Under the pieces are notes generated by a model that worked only from the letters and a program-made list of their open reading frames with translations, was not told the DNA's origin and did no database searches. This document shows, in pieces, positions 37,003-51,289 of a stretch of DNA of 64,000 nucleotides (position 1 is its first letter; every line of letters begins with the position of its first letter). The position numbers were made by a program, and so were the translations under genes. Source of the DNA: Octopus bimaculoides. Its lineage: Eukaryota. The stretch is from NCBI RefSeq assembly GCF_001194135.2, contig NC_068985.1, positions 113,643,302-113,707,301 on the forward strand, given 5' to 3'.

Positions 37003-38898
37003 TGTGTTAATATCACACAATACTTGCTGTGTGAGAATAAAATTTCTAAATTGGACAGAGAAATTTGAAGGAGTGCTTTGGTCAAATGGCAGAACACTTG
37101 TCATGTTTACAAGAAATGAGGGTTCAAACCCCACGGGCAGCCTTTGATTAAAAATTTCTTTTTTTTGTCCAAAGGGATTTTCAACCTAATATTTGAATGC
37201 TAAGAGAACTGACTCCTTCAGTGGTCAGTGTGGCCTTGGGGTCTGAAATACTGACCTGGAAACACAAGATCACAAAACAAATGACCCAGGTTTGAATCCA
37301 GTGGGAGACAAGATTTTGGAAAGCAGCACAAGGAGTCAAAGCCTGGGTGGGCCTAGCTCCCATAAAGGGGCCAAAACACTTGTTGGATGAGAGTTTTTCC
37401 TCTGAAGTTCTCTCCTGCTTTGCACTTGCCTTGTGCCAAGTTTTTGATATTTTTTTTAGCTTTATCTGGTTCAAGATCCACCATTCCAAAATTGATTTAT
37501 ATATGAGAACTCATTGTATTCTTTTCATACTACTTGATTTCAAATTTCTAATTGTAAGGAGGTAATTCCTTCCCTTTGTATAAACTGCCATCAAGGTGGC
37601 ACCATGCATGTAATAAATTTAAAGCAGGTCTGATAACTGAGAAAAATTATTATTGTAAAGACAACTGCCTTCTATCAAAAATTTGTAATTTATTACTAGT
37701 AGCATACAGAGAATATGACTAGAACACCAAGTCTATCAAACTGCTAATAGATACCATAAAATAGCAACTAGCTTGTACTGTTTACTTTAATTCCTCCTAT
37801 GAATTTGCAAAAACAAGAAGATTACAATAGCATCTTCAGGGAATTCTGTCTTGAAAATTTTCTTTAAGCTTCGTCTAGAATATCTTATCACAAAGGGTAC
37901 CTTGTTCCTAATATGGTAACTGAGTAGACCTTTTGAGAAGTTATAATGTTTCAAGTTCCTTCGATAAATAATGGTGATAGTGATGTCTTTTATCTTTTAC
38001 TTGTTTCAGTCACTAGACTGCAGCCATTCTGAGGCTCCGCCTTGAAGGGTTTAGTTAAACAAATCAAACCCAGTAACACATTTTTGAAGCCTTGTACTTA
38101 TTCTATCAGTCTCTTATGCTGAAGTGCTAATTTATGGGAACATACCTCCTGACTTTATTATTTTATATATATATTTGCAATATATATATATTTGCAACAA
38201 GCTTCTTTCAGTTTCCATTTAACAAAGCCACACACAAGGCTTTGATTAGCCTGGGGCTATAGTGGAAGACACATGCCCAAAGTGCCATGCAGCAGAACCA
38301 AACCTGAAACCATATGGTTGAGAAGCAAGATGCTTGCGACACATCAATGCCTGTGTCAGGTGAATTTCTTTTATAAACCTTTAAAGACTACGTTTTTGGT
38401 CAAAAAGGAGAGAGAACAAAAAAACCTCTGATTGACCGACTGGCTGCAGAATCTGAACACTGCTGCAGCAGATGTCTGGTTTAAACATAAGCAGGAAAAC
38501 AAGTGGTGGATGGTGGGAAGTAAGAGGAGGATTTGGAAGAGCCTGAATGTTTGGAACTCAGTGAACTTTGCTAAAAGGCCCATAAGAAACTGGATGGTAA
38601 TTTTCCAAAACTTTGAAAAGAAAATACAGCTGAAAATGATTCAAATGTTTTTGTATCAAGATTGTTTAAAAGTATAAAAACTACTAAAGCTGTACAAAAG
38701 ACCAATATAATAAAGTTTAGTACCGTCTTTTCAATGAACTATTCAGATCAAATCAAGAATCATTAATTCAAAGCAGGTTCCTGTCTACCAATTTTACTAA
38801 CAAAATTCTTGACAATAGTTTCTCTGATTTTCTTTTCATATGTATATGTGTGTGTGTATGCATGCACACATATACATACATACATACATATACATACA

Positions 38899-38934
<36 letters not shown>

Positions 38935-40127
38935 TATATATAAATACACACACATATATACATACACACATATATACATAAACACACATATGTATGCATG
39001 TATGTGTGTGTGTGTGAGTGAGAGTAAAGCCAAGTTTTTCAGGTCATCAGGAGCAGCAGCAGCACAAGGGCGGCAGAGGTGGGTGTGGTTAGTAAGTATA
39101 TTGATTACTAGTACTGACCAAAATGGCCTTTCCAATAAACTGGAGATGACTCTTTGATTCAGAATCTTTTGATCCGATAATTCATGTGTAGAAATTTTGA
39201 CATTTAATCTTTATCAGAAAGAAGCACAAATTGTGCTGTTGAATAAAATTAATTCCATCCTTGTTGAAGCCAATTAACTTATATTTATATAGCAACGTCT
39301 ATTGGTTCCAGCTATAATATATTCACAGCCAATAGCTATGATGGATATTACTTTCAGTGAAGACTTGAAAATATCAAGTGCGTAGGACATTGGAATTAAA
39401 GCATGTCTTTTTGTTTCATTGTTTTACGTTATTCCATGCTGGTAAATTCAAGACGTCTCAGTGAAATTTTTTAATTTTTTTTTTATAGCAAACAACACCT
39501 TTTAGCACAATCTTTTCAAACATAACAAATGAGCAGAATTTAAAATTAAAAGCTGATTAAAATCATTATACCTAAATGGTTATAAGAAGTGGAGAAGAGG
39601 AAAAAATGTTATAGGTAGATAGGTAAAGCAGAGCTGTGTAGATAAGAAGTTCTCTTTTTATTTGTTACAGTCATTAGACTGCGGTCATGCTGGATTACGA
39701 CCTTGAAGAATTTTTAGTTGAATGAATTGACTCAAGTTTAATCTTTTCAAGTCTGGTACTTATTCTATCAATGTCTTTTGCTGAATTGTTAAGTTACACA
39801 GAGGTAAACTCATCATCATTAGTTTTCAAGTGGTGATGGGGGACAAACAGACACATACACACACATGATGAGCTTCTGTCAGTTTCTGCCTACCAAATCC
39901 ACTCTGATATATGTATGTATGTATATATATGTATATATCTATCTATCTATCTAGCTATCTATCTATATATATATATATATATGACAGACTTCTTTCAGTT
40001 TCCATCTACCAAATCCACTCACAAGGCTTTGGTTGGCCCATGGCTATAGTAGAAGACACTTGCCCAAGGTGCCGCACAGTGGGACTGAACCCGGAACCAT
40101 GTGGTTGGGAAGCAAGCNNNNNNNNNN

Positions 40128-40184
<57 letters not shown>

Positions 40185-40209
40185 TATATATATATATATA
40201 TGTATATAT

Positions 40210-40251
<42 letters not shown>

Positions 40252-40797
40252 CAACAACTTTAGTAGTGATTTCAAATATGGTAAATGAGCAGAATTTAAA
40301 AGATAATTAAAATTATCCTACCTTATCTGATATAAGAAAGTCAGAGGTTAAACAGTAATAGATATTAGCCATAGGCTTGACTGTGTAGTTAACAACCTTT
40401 CTTTGCAATCATGTACTTTTGAGTTTCAGTTCCTCTGCATAATACCTTGGGCAAGTGTCTCCTACTATAAACCTGGGCTGACAAATGCCTTGTGAGTGAA
40501 TTTGATAAATGGAAACTGTGTGGAAGCCCAATGAGTATGTATTTATATATATATATGTAAATATATGAAATGTAATGTGTCTGGAATGGTACAACAATGA
40601 AGAGTGAACTTAACTGTTATAAGTAATTTAATTATTCATAGTGTAATATAATATTCTGGAATATAAAAATTCCAATTCCTTCCTCAGATATTGATAGGAA
40701 GTAATGAAGTCACTGCTATAGTCGGTTTTCCAACGGTTGTACCATTCTAGACACGTTACATTTCATAAACAATACTTCCTGTGAACTACAATACCCT

Positions 40798-40847
<50 letters not shown>

Positions 40848-40869
40848 CATGTGTGTATGTATGTGTGTG

Positions 40870-40910
<41 letters not shown>

Positions 40911-41689
40911 GTGTGTGTATATATATATAGTAAATAAGTTTTAGTACAGTCATTTTGAATGTGATAAATGAGTAATATTTAAGATTAAAAGATGAGTCAA
41001 AGTTATTATACTGAGTTAAGAGTAAGAGGTAGTAAGTTATAGATACATAAGAGAAGGTATGGCTGTATGGTAAAAAAAAACATGTTTTTGCATCCACCTA
41101 GTTTGGGTGCTGTAGTACAAACCACTCCCAATCCTTGAGTATCCATGTAAATGAAATAACAACAGGGTAGCTTGATTGGAGTCGTATAAAATATAATAAT
41201 ACAATCAATTTTCGAAGCTTTGACCTTCGAGACTTTGTCGGACTAGCAGGTTGAAACTTCAAAATCACAGTCATCCACTTTATGGAAAAGTATAACAAAC
41301 ATGTGTACGTGTGTGTGTGTGTGTGTGTGTGTGCGTACGTGACTGTTAGTGTCTTCTTGCCATTGCATGATAATTGTGTCACCATCATACAAACACCGTC
41401 CTTTGTTTCCAATCTTCTGTGAAAACATGTCTGGCCAGAGGGAAATATTTGCCATACTTGGAAACTGGTGAGGATTGGTGACCAGAAGGGCATCAGACCA
41501 CAGAAAATTTTGTCTCAATAAATTCCATCTGACTCAAGCAAACATGGAAAAACAATGTATATTTAATAAAATGATGATAACAATGATGATGATGATGATA
41601 ATAAAGAAACCAGATGGTCTGCCTAAATCAAGCTGCTTATTTCGGTCTATCTGTTATGACACAGAGGTTCAGAGAAAAAATTGCTCAGG

Positions 41690-42232
41690 GTTTCAAACCA
41701 AGTTTGAATTTAATGACCATCTGAACTCAGAATATGAAGAGCTAAAAGAAATACTGCTTACAATTCTGTCAGCTCACCCAATACATTAATGATAATAGTG
41801 GTGTCTGATTTAGGCACAATGCCAGCAATTTTATGGTAGAATGTGGTTGGTTAATGCTTTTGACCTTGTTATTTGAATGGTACATTATCTTATTGATCCT
41901 AATAAGATGAAAAGCAAAGTTCACATTGGCGGTTTTGGAACTCAACTCAGAAGACAAAATGCTAAAAGAAACACAATAAGGCGCTTTGTCTGTTGCATTA
42001 ACAATTCTGCTAACTGACCACCCTTATTATAATGGCATGAGGTCAGCAATTTTGAGGTGAGAACATTAGTTGATAGCAAACTCTCAGAACTCGAGTGGTG
42101 CTTTAGTTTATTAATCCAGACAAAGTATGAAGGGGCATAGTTGACCTCAGCAAGATTTGAACTCAGTATGTAAAATGTTAGAAGAAATACTGCAAAGCAT
42201 TCTCCATAATGCTTTGACCATTCTGCTAATGT
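41690..42232 (-). mobile_element. Cluster of three degenerate SINE family M copies
   Basis: Repeated GAACTCAG...ATACTGC...CAATTCTG.CAGCT blocks. Confidence 0.7.
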
Positions 42233-44727
42233 GACAACCAAAAAAGTAAGGAATTAATAAAAATAAAACAGAAATAGTTTCTGTATGTATTTCCTACCTT
42301 TCCTCCTAATTCACTCATGAAACAGACTTTTTAATAAATTCATTATATATATAAATAATATTAGATTATTACTGTAAATGAAGGAAGAATGAGCTGATAG
42401 CAGAGGCTGTACTGGTGATGGCAGTGTGGAAATGTAGTTAGTAGTGGAGAGTTTTAAAAGATAACAAATCAAGTGAAGAATAGTGATGGTACAGACCAGA
42501 CAACTAAGAGAAGTTAACTAGAGAGAAAATTAGGAAGATAGTAACTGATGTTTATATGTATATATATGCCATTGGTGTGTATGTGTTTGTGTGTGCCAAT
42601 GGAGACACAAGAGCTCTAGTGAAGAAGGGAGATAACTGCAAACATTAGTATGATGCGGGTAGCATAAAATTGAGATAAGGAAATTTGGTGGAATGTTTTA
42701 TCTTGCTACTCTTCATCTCTGACTGCTAGCTTAACTAGTTAATGTTTTTTTTTTTCTTCTTCATTCCTTGATTGCATCGTTTAAAATTTCATTTACTTTT
42801 TTTTTTTATCTTACATTTTTACAATTTAGAAATTGGAAATGGGTGTGGAATATTGTAAGTCAACCATTTTCCTACACTGTATAAATTTCGGTTAACAGAC
42901 ATGTAATAAATATAGATAGCACTGTTTCACTTTTTCTAAGCAAGAAATCATCGTCATCATCACCATTACCATCACCACCAGGTCAGCTTTGAACAAGTAG
43001 AACTATGGAATACAAATAGTTGGCTGAATAACTAGGTGCAGTAAATAGACATAGCGTTGCAACTATTCCATGCTTCCTGTCAAGCTGAGGACCATCTTCC
43101 AGTTAGACATTTGTGTGTGTGTGTATATGTGTGAATGTACATATGCTTGTGTCTCCTTGTCTTGACATCATGTGACAGTCGTAAATGATTATCACTGTCA
43201 TACAAGCAGTATGACAGTGATATTTCCAATATTCTGAGAAAACATATCTAGCCAAGCGGAAATGTTATCTAACTTGGAAAAAGGTGAGGCCTTCCAACAA
43301 GAAGAGCGTCTGAGTGTAAAAAAATTGCCTCGATAAATTCCATCTGACCCATGCAAGCATGAAATGATGATGAGGATGATGAAATGGGAAAGGTTAGAGA
43401 TGAAAGAAAAGAAGAAAAGAGTAGGTATTGCTAGAAATGGGAAACAGAAAAAAGGGGCTGAGAAAGAGGAGAGAGAGAATAAGAATAAAGAATATAATAT
43501 AAGGGAGATGTAACAAACTTATGAAATGCAGAGTATAACGAATGAAGTAAAGAAAGAAGAAGGAAAAATGAGTTGAAGAGTGGAGGCATAATGATAAAGA
43601 CAGATGAGTGTGACAAATGAGGAGTGGATGTGAATGGAAATAATGAATGAAATTTAATGTAATGGTTTCTGAGAGAAAATAGCCATAAGCAAGGAACAAC
43701 AGGAAGCTTTCAACTTGTGTGGAGTGAAACCAACAAAATTCTGTTCTTGTAGTAGTGGTGGCTGTGGTGGTGGTGATGGTACATGTTGATACTGTATGGT
43801 TTCAGCTTAATTAAAGAAATGTTTGTTGCAGGGTGTCCAGTAGTTAGTTAGATGGAACATGGGATTACTGAAGCCAAAAGATTATAGGTTCAAATTATTG
43901 CCAAAGCAGTAATTAACACTCAAACCAGGCATCCACAGTCGCCGTCATTGTTGTCATTTTAATGTCCACTTTTTGAAGCTTACATATGTCATATGGAATT
44001 CACTGAGGCAGACTTATATAAAGTTGGATACTGTTCCTGTTGCTAACCCTCACCTATTTCCATGCAAGGTAATATTTCCACATGGCTGGATTTGTTTTTC
44101 AAAACTTGATTGTATTATTATATTTTATATGACTCCAATCAAGCTACCCTGTTGTTATTTCATTTATATGGATACATTGCAAAATAAAGGACACTGCTTT
44201 TTATGATGGTGACTCTCATTTGCAAGTATCACGTGTTGTCAAGGGAACACAAGTGCCCTGCTACGTAGGTTTACATATTATTGTATACCTTGACACTGTG
44301 TGCACTGGGATCTCTGATGACAAGTGTCTGACATTAAATAAAGTACTAAAACACTTATAGTATGCTTATCAATAGCACCAGTTCTCTGAAAATACTAGAC
44401 TTGTTGTGTATATAAACAGACTACTTGCTAGAATCTCTGGGATGAGACAAGCAATGAAGACACCCCTCAGGAGAACCCAATAAGGGACAAAAACCAATTA
44501 AGGTTGTTCATTTTTTTTTTTTTTTTCAATCTAAGGAGAAATGGTTGAATTTGTTATGTATGTATGATTGTTATGCATAATCACATATACATTAGGAAAG
44601 GCATCCAGCCATAGAAACCATGTCAAATCAGACTGAAGTCTGGTGCAGCCTCTCAGCTTACCAGCCCTGGTCAAACTGTCCAACTCATGCTAGCATGGAC
44701 AACGGACATTAAATGATGATGACGACG

Positions 44728-44779
<52 letters not shown>

Positions 44780-44793
44780 CATGGGTGTGTATC

Positions 44794-44863
<70 letters not shown>

Positions 44864-45234
44864 GAGTATGTTAGAGATAATTATTCTATTATTGTGAAAC
44901 CATGATATGATACATGAATCTGGTGGTATAATTATTCAAACATAAATACATATTTGAAACAAAGATATGTATGTGTGTGAGAGAGAGTGAGAGAGAGGGA
45001 GAGAGAGAGAGGTCTTATATTAATTTCAATGATGAATAGAAAATAATAGCAATCATCATCATCATTTCACTGTCCACTTTTCCAGGTTTACATGAGCAAA
45101 TGGAAATTCACTGAGAGAATTTTATACAGCCAGATGCCATTCTTGTTACGAATCCTAACCTGTTTCATGGAAGAGTGGAAATAAATAACACTGCTTGTAT
45201 GATAGTGACACACATTTACATATATATATATAAT

Positions 45235-45538
45235 TATGTGTATTTCTTCTATCTTAATGAATAAAAATTCTTCTGATAGAATAAATGGGTTAATAGAAAC
45301 CAATGTAGCAAAGAACACAAAATAACTGTGGTTTAATTCCTGTTTTTAAGGCAGGAACTCCTTGAAATTTTGGTTATTTGAGTATATTTAAGAATTTAAG
45401 GATTGTTTTCATAATCGGTCATAATGTCTTACGTTTAAGATGATTCCCATGCTTTCCCTGATGAGAAGGTTACAATTTTAATATCAAAGATCCCTATGGA
45501 TCACACAGGTTGTAATCCTTTGAAACATATGTAGGAAT
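45235..45538. repeat. Interspersed repeat, second copy 55177-55427
   Basis: Near-identical over about 230 nt; the second copy lacks 76 bp. Confidence 0.9.
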
Positions 45539-45712
45539 NNNNNNNNNNNNNNNNNNNNNNNNNNNNNNNNNNNNNNNNNNNNNNNNNNNNNNNNNNNNNN
45601 NNNNNNNNNNNNNNNNNNNNNNNNNNNNNNNNNNNNNNNNNNNNNNNNNNNNNNNNNNNNNNNNNNNNNNNNNNNNNNNNNNNNNNNNNNNNNNNNNNNN
45701 NNNNNNNNNNNN

Positions 45713-45764
<52 letters not shown>

Positions 45765-47013
45765 GCACATACACACACTAGGCAACAATCACAAAAAGTA
45801 AATAACACTCGAGGAACAAATATTAAGAAATGTATTAGTCTAATGTTGAAAAAGGGAAAGTGTCTTGACATTTAGGACTCTCATCCTTCATCAGAAAGAT
45901 AAAAGTATGAGAAAAGGTGGTAAGACAAACGGTAAAAAATGATAGGCTTCTTTCAGATTCCTTCTACCAAATCTCTTCACAAGGCTTTGATAGGCTGGGG
46001 ACCAAAACATAAAACACTTACCCCAGTTACACATAGTGGGACTGAACCTGAGACTACATAGTTGAGAAACACAATTCTTAACCACACAGCCATGCATACT
46101 ACTATGTATTTAATATACCGTAGTGTATTACAATTATACAGTCTATAAATCTTCATCATCATCATCGTTTAATGTCCGCCTTCCATGCTAGCATGGGTGG
46201 GACTAAATACTATGATATATCACAGTGCCCTTAGCCAATATAATACTCAGACTGACTCAATGTTACATCATAGGGAATATGACTGGTCTCTTGAATCGCA
46301 GACAAACTTCATTCAGTAGGCTTCAATATGGTTTTTTAAAGCCTAATTTTACAAGCATGCCTTGGTTAACCCAAAGGCTTTCATAAAAAACTGGCAAAAG
46401 ATGTTTGTCCACAAGGTAACACACCATGGGATTGAACCTTAATATTTATGATTGCAAAGCAAATTTCCTAATCATTCAGCTAAACCTGCACCACCCATTA
46501 CACACACATACATACAAACACGCACATGAGCATATATACTGTGAGTGAATTTGGAAGACAGAAATTGAAGAAATTTTTTGTGTATATGTACATGTGTATG
46601 TGTGTGTGTACATACAGTCATGCATATATGTTAATGTATCTGTGTGCCTGTGAGTGTTTCTGCCTTCATTGTTGGTTTGTAAGCTATGAATTCTTCCTGC
46701 CAGTGTCTAGCTTGCAGTCCACCATGAAAAGATATTCAGGCTTCCTGACATATTATGTGATCTCTACGAACAAAAGGCTCCTCGAATGATAATGTTTCCA
46801 GTTCTCACCACAAAACATGCCCAGGCTGGTAATTGTTCAGTAGACTAGGAGACTATTTGGAAACCTCACTCGGAAACAAGTGGCGGGTAAGTGACAGAAA
46901 GAGCATCAGGCTGTAGAAAAAAAATCTACCTCACTCTTGTCTGACATATGCAAGCAAGTAAAAGAAGGCATTAAAATGATGATGGTAATGATATATATAT
47001 ATATATATATATT

Positions 47014-47059
<46 letters not shown>

Positions 47060-47305
47060 TTAAAAATTCTATATTTTCTAGTATGTAAGTTGAAATAGTA
47101 TATAGTGTGAATATGTAAACAGTCAAACATTGCCAAAATCTTTCTGGACCCTACTACATTTCACATGGTATTTTTGATCCTCCAGTGTTGGTTTGGTGTA
47201 TAAGTTGACCTACCTGTTTTGGTTGTAAATTTTGGTCTGAAAAATTTTACTTATATGCCACAAAATACAGTACAAAAGCTATTTCAGAAAACCCAGAAAT
47301 CTTAC

Positions 47306-47442
47306 CTTAGTAACAGGATGGTCCTTATCACCTGGGAAGAGGACTTTCATGCAATAAGTTCGGTAATCCCAGAAAGGAATTGATACTTGGCCGCTCATAT
47401 CATTATTCAACTCTGTCATGTCAGTTTGTAGCTCAGCAAATG
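47306..47442 (-). CDS. PlexA: Plexin-A-like exon, start of cytoplasmic GAP region: (A)[45 protein letters not shown]
   Basis: cttttag acceptor, GTAAGA donor; 137 nt; AFAELQTD and IPFxDYRTYxMxVLFPG are class-A plexin motifs. Confidence 0.97.
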
Positions 47443-47896
47443 CTAAAAGTAAAGAGACAAAACAGACAATCAACCAACTTTTATAAAAAGAAAGCTGCTA
47501 TGATCAGGTACATGGGGTTCAACACTGCACCTGTAATAATTTTGAAAATAATGAAGGATTTAGTAAAATAACTGTCATTATTAGCCTGATATTTGGAACA
47601 TAAATTAACATGGAATTTTGATAGGTTTTAATTTAGATTACTTTAACCCTTTCATTACCATATTTCTGTTGAAATACTCTGCTTTTATTTCAATTGATTT
47701 TAAAAATAGTATAGAATTTAGAAAAATAACTTTGTTATTATTACACTAGTATTTGGAATATGAATTATCATGATATTTTGAAGGAATGTTTTAATTTAGA
47801 CTACCTTAAAATATATATAAAATTTCTATCATAGAACCAGGTGCAGTCTTACAAAATGTTAAAGGAAGAAAAGATGTGTATGAAAATGTATATTAC

Positions 47897-48134
47897 CTTC
47901 TTTACATTCTTGGGCGACTTTTAACTCCAACTGGTCCATTTGCTCATGTAACTGCTTCTTCATGGTGTTGCTCTGTTTTGATTTGACGCGGTAAGCAATA
48001 ACAACAATAATTACAATCAACAAGAGCACGGCACCACCCACAGCTAAGCCAATCACCATATGTAGTGATGTTCCTTCGGGTTCTTCATAGCGCAGGAAAC
48101 CAATATGATAGGTCAGATTACGACCAACTCGAAC
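47897..48134 (-). CDS. PlexA: Plexin-A-like exon, transmembrane + juxtamembrane: VRVGRNLTYHIGFLRYEEPEGTSLHMVIGLAVGGAVLLLIVIIVVIAYRVKSKQSNTMKKQLHEQMDQLELKVAQECKE(A)
   Basis: ttattccag acceptor, GTAATA donor; 238 nt; hydrophobic TM helix then MDxLExxVAxECKE, the class-A plexin signature. Confidence 0.96.
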
Positions 48135-48804
48135 CTGGAATAAAATTGAAGAAAAAAGGACACGATTAGTTTGGGTAAGTTTTATTTATGTTTTATTTAT
48201 GTATTGGAACTTATTTTAATGCTTTAGGCAGACAATGAGAAACAATAATCAGTGACTATCACAGGTACTCTCAGACTGGTATTTCTGCAAGATGAGCAGA
48301 AGAGAGAGAGATAGCTTATAAGGATTTTGATGAAAAAGAGGACTGTGGAAGAGATTATTTGGTGATGGTGGTGTGAAGGTTAGGAGGTGTAATGATTCAA
48401 ATTGTACAATGGCATACAAGTGATAGTATGGAATTTTAAGATATGATTCAAGATATTCTGCAATGTATCATGAGTAGACATGTATCTTCTCTATAGCAAG
48501 ACACCTCTGCCTGTCCCCTCTCAAATACCTCACCCACTTCCAGTTACTTACGAGAGCTTTTCCGTTTTTTGTTCTTTCCTATCTTGCAAGTTATTTGGTA
48601 ACCCCACAAGTCCCAGTGGCAGGAAAAAAAAAACACCCAGTACACACTGTAGAGTGATTGATGTTAGGAAGGGCATCCAATTGCAGAAACCATGCCAAAA
48701 TTGACATAGAGCACAATGCAGCCCCATGGTTCACCTGATCCTATCAAATTGTCCAACCCATGCCAGCATGGAGAACAGATGTTAAATGATGATGATGATA
48801 ATGA

Positions 48805-49280
48805 TTGTAAGGCCTGAAATTTGGGAGGCTAGTCAACTACATCAACCCCAGTAGTTTGGTACATTTATTTTATTGACTCCAGAAGAATAAAAGGCAAAGT
48901 TGACTTTGGCAGAATTCAAACTTAGAACATGAGTCAGAAGAAATATCGCAATGCATTTTGTCTGACACTCACACAATTCTAACAAATCACTGCCTTAAGC
49001 TTATAATGATGAACCATTCTGCATACAGTACTTATTTAAAATTAGGTGGACTAAGTTAGTAAGGGTTAAAGTCTCTTAGTAATTCTTTCTAATTTTGGCA
49101 CAAAGCCAACAATTTTGAGAGGCGGGGGGGGAAGTCAGTTACATTGACCCCAGTTCTTGACTGGTACTTATTTTATCAACCCTGAAAGGATGACAGAATT
49201 TGAACTCAGAATGTCAAACCAGAAGAAATGGCGCTAAGCATTTTGTCTGGCATGCTAATGATTCTGCCAGCTTGTCACCT
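48805..49280 (-). mobile_element. Two SINE family M copies
   Basis: AAGGCCTGAAATTTGGG and CAAATTTTGGCAC-type tails with family M cores. Confidence 0.72.
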
Positions 49281-50611
49281 AACTCTATCAGTAATCAACA
49301 CTTCCCACTATCACCAATACTTCACTAATTACTTGGCCATCAACGATAATTACAGAGATGTAAAAAGGTGTTGAAACCAGGATGGTGATAGCAGGGTATA
49401 TATTTGTGTAACCACGGATATGATGTATCAGATTTCCTGTACACTTCAACACATTGTTGTTTAAACTCTAATATTCTCCATTGATCCCTGGTAAATGGTA
49501 AGGTGGATGGACTAATTAACTAACTCTAAAGCAAACATCAATTCTATTATTACCAATTATAACCATCACCACAATCACCATCATTTAATATCCACTTCTC
49601 TATGCCTGAAGGAGTTGGACAGTGTTTAGTGAGTCAGGTTTTCTATAGCCAGATGCCTTTCTCATTGCTAACTCTTCCATTTCCCAGCAAGGTAATATTT
49701 TCCCATGGGAAGGCAGTGAACTAGCAGAACCATTAGCATGCTGGGTAAATTGCTAAGTGACATTTCATCTGCCCTTATGTTCTGAGTTCAAATTCTGCTG
49801 AGGTCGACTTTGTCCTTCCATCCTTTCAGGGTTGATAAATACCAGTTGAACACTAGGGTCAATGTAATTGATTTACTTCTGAATATGTTGGCCTTGCACC
49901 AAACTTTGAAATCAATAATTTTCCTCATGGCCAAACATGTTTTCACAGAATACTGGAAATGAAGGACACTGCTTGTATGGCAGTGAGACTCATTTACAAC
50001 TGTTACATGACACCAAGACAAGGAAACACAGGCAGATACACACATATAAATGTATCATCATCATTTAATGTCCACTTTTCCATGCTCACAAGGGCCAAAT
50101 GAAATTTGTTGAAACAGATATTCTATGGCCGGATATTCTTCCTGTCACTAATCCTCACCTGTTCTGAAGCAAGGTAATATTTTCCCATGATCAGATATAT
50201 TTTTCACAGAAGACTGGCAAAAAAAAAAAAAAAAATACAACAACCTCACTTGTATGTTGATGAAACTTGTTTACAACCATCATGTAATATCTAGACAACC
50301 ATCATGTAATGTCTAGACAACCATCATGTAATATCTAATGTACATGCATACATGTATATGACAGGCTTCTTTCAGTTTCCGTCTACCAAACCCACTCACA
50401 AAACCTTGGTGAGCCTGGGTCTATAGTAGAAGATACTTAGGAACTAAGCTCCTTAGCCACACAACCATGCCTGTGCCTACTCTATTACAAACCATCTCCA
50501 TTAAAAATCACAACCACAAGGCATTAACCCTAACCAACACACTTTCCAATAATTTATGGCCAACTTCCCCTACAAAGATAATCAACCCTCAATACTAAAT
50601 TCCAGTTTCTT

Positions 50612-50919
50612 AGGAGTGGCTGTGTGATTAGTAGCTTGCTTACCAGCCACATGGTCCTGGGTTCAGTTCCACTGCGTGGCACCTTGGGCAAGTGTCTTCT
50701 ACTATAGCCTCGGGCTGACCAAAGCCTTGTGAGTGGATTTGGTAGACGGAAACTGAAAGAAGCCCGTCGTATATATGTATATATACATGTGTGTATGTGT
50801 GTGTTTGTGTGTCTGTGTTTGTACCCCCACCATCGCTTGACAACCGATGCTGGTGTGTTTACGTCCCCGTAACTTAGCGGTTCAGCAAAAGAGACCGATA
50901 GAATAAATACTAGGCTTAC
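50612..50919 (+). mobile_element. Apparently young SINE family C copy, cut by gap
   Basis: Near-exact reverse complement of 34080-34391. Confidence 0.88.
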
Positions 50920-51289
50920 NNNNNNNNNNNNNNNNNNNNNNNNNNNNNNNNNNNNNNNNNNNNNNNNNNNNNNNNNNNNNNNNNNNNNNNNNNNNNNNNN
51001 NNNNNNNNNNNNNNNNNNNNNNNNNNNNNNNNNNNNNNNNNNNNNNNNNNNNNNNNNNNNNNNNNNNNNNNNNNNNNNNNNNNNNNNNNNNNNNNNNNNN
51101 NNNNNNNNNNNNNNNNNNNNNNNNNNNNNNNNNNNNNNNNNNNNNNNNNNNNNNNNNNNNNNNNNNNNNNNNNNNNNNNNNNNGCGTTCTAACTCTAAAA
51201 GGTTGTTTATTTTTTTTAATTGTGAGTGTTGTTTATTCGGTAGCCAGCCACTATGTCCATAGCCACATCAAATATCCAATTTAAAACTA

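Noticed and set aside
28302-47305. Possible hidden plexin exon in the 19-kb intron or its gaps
   Set aside because: Flanking exons join in phase 0 and the spacing HPV...LxLF (13 aa) is within the range I recall for class-A plexins, so none is required.
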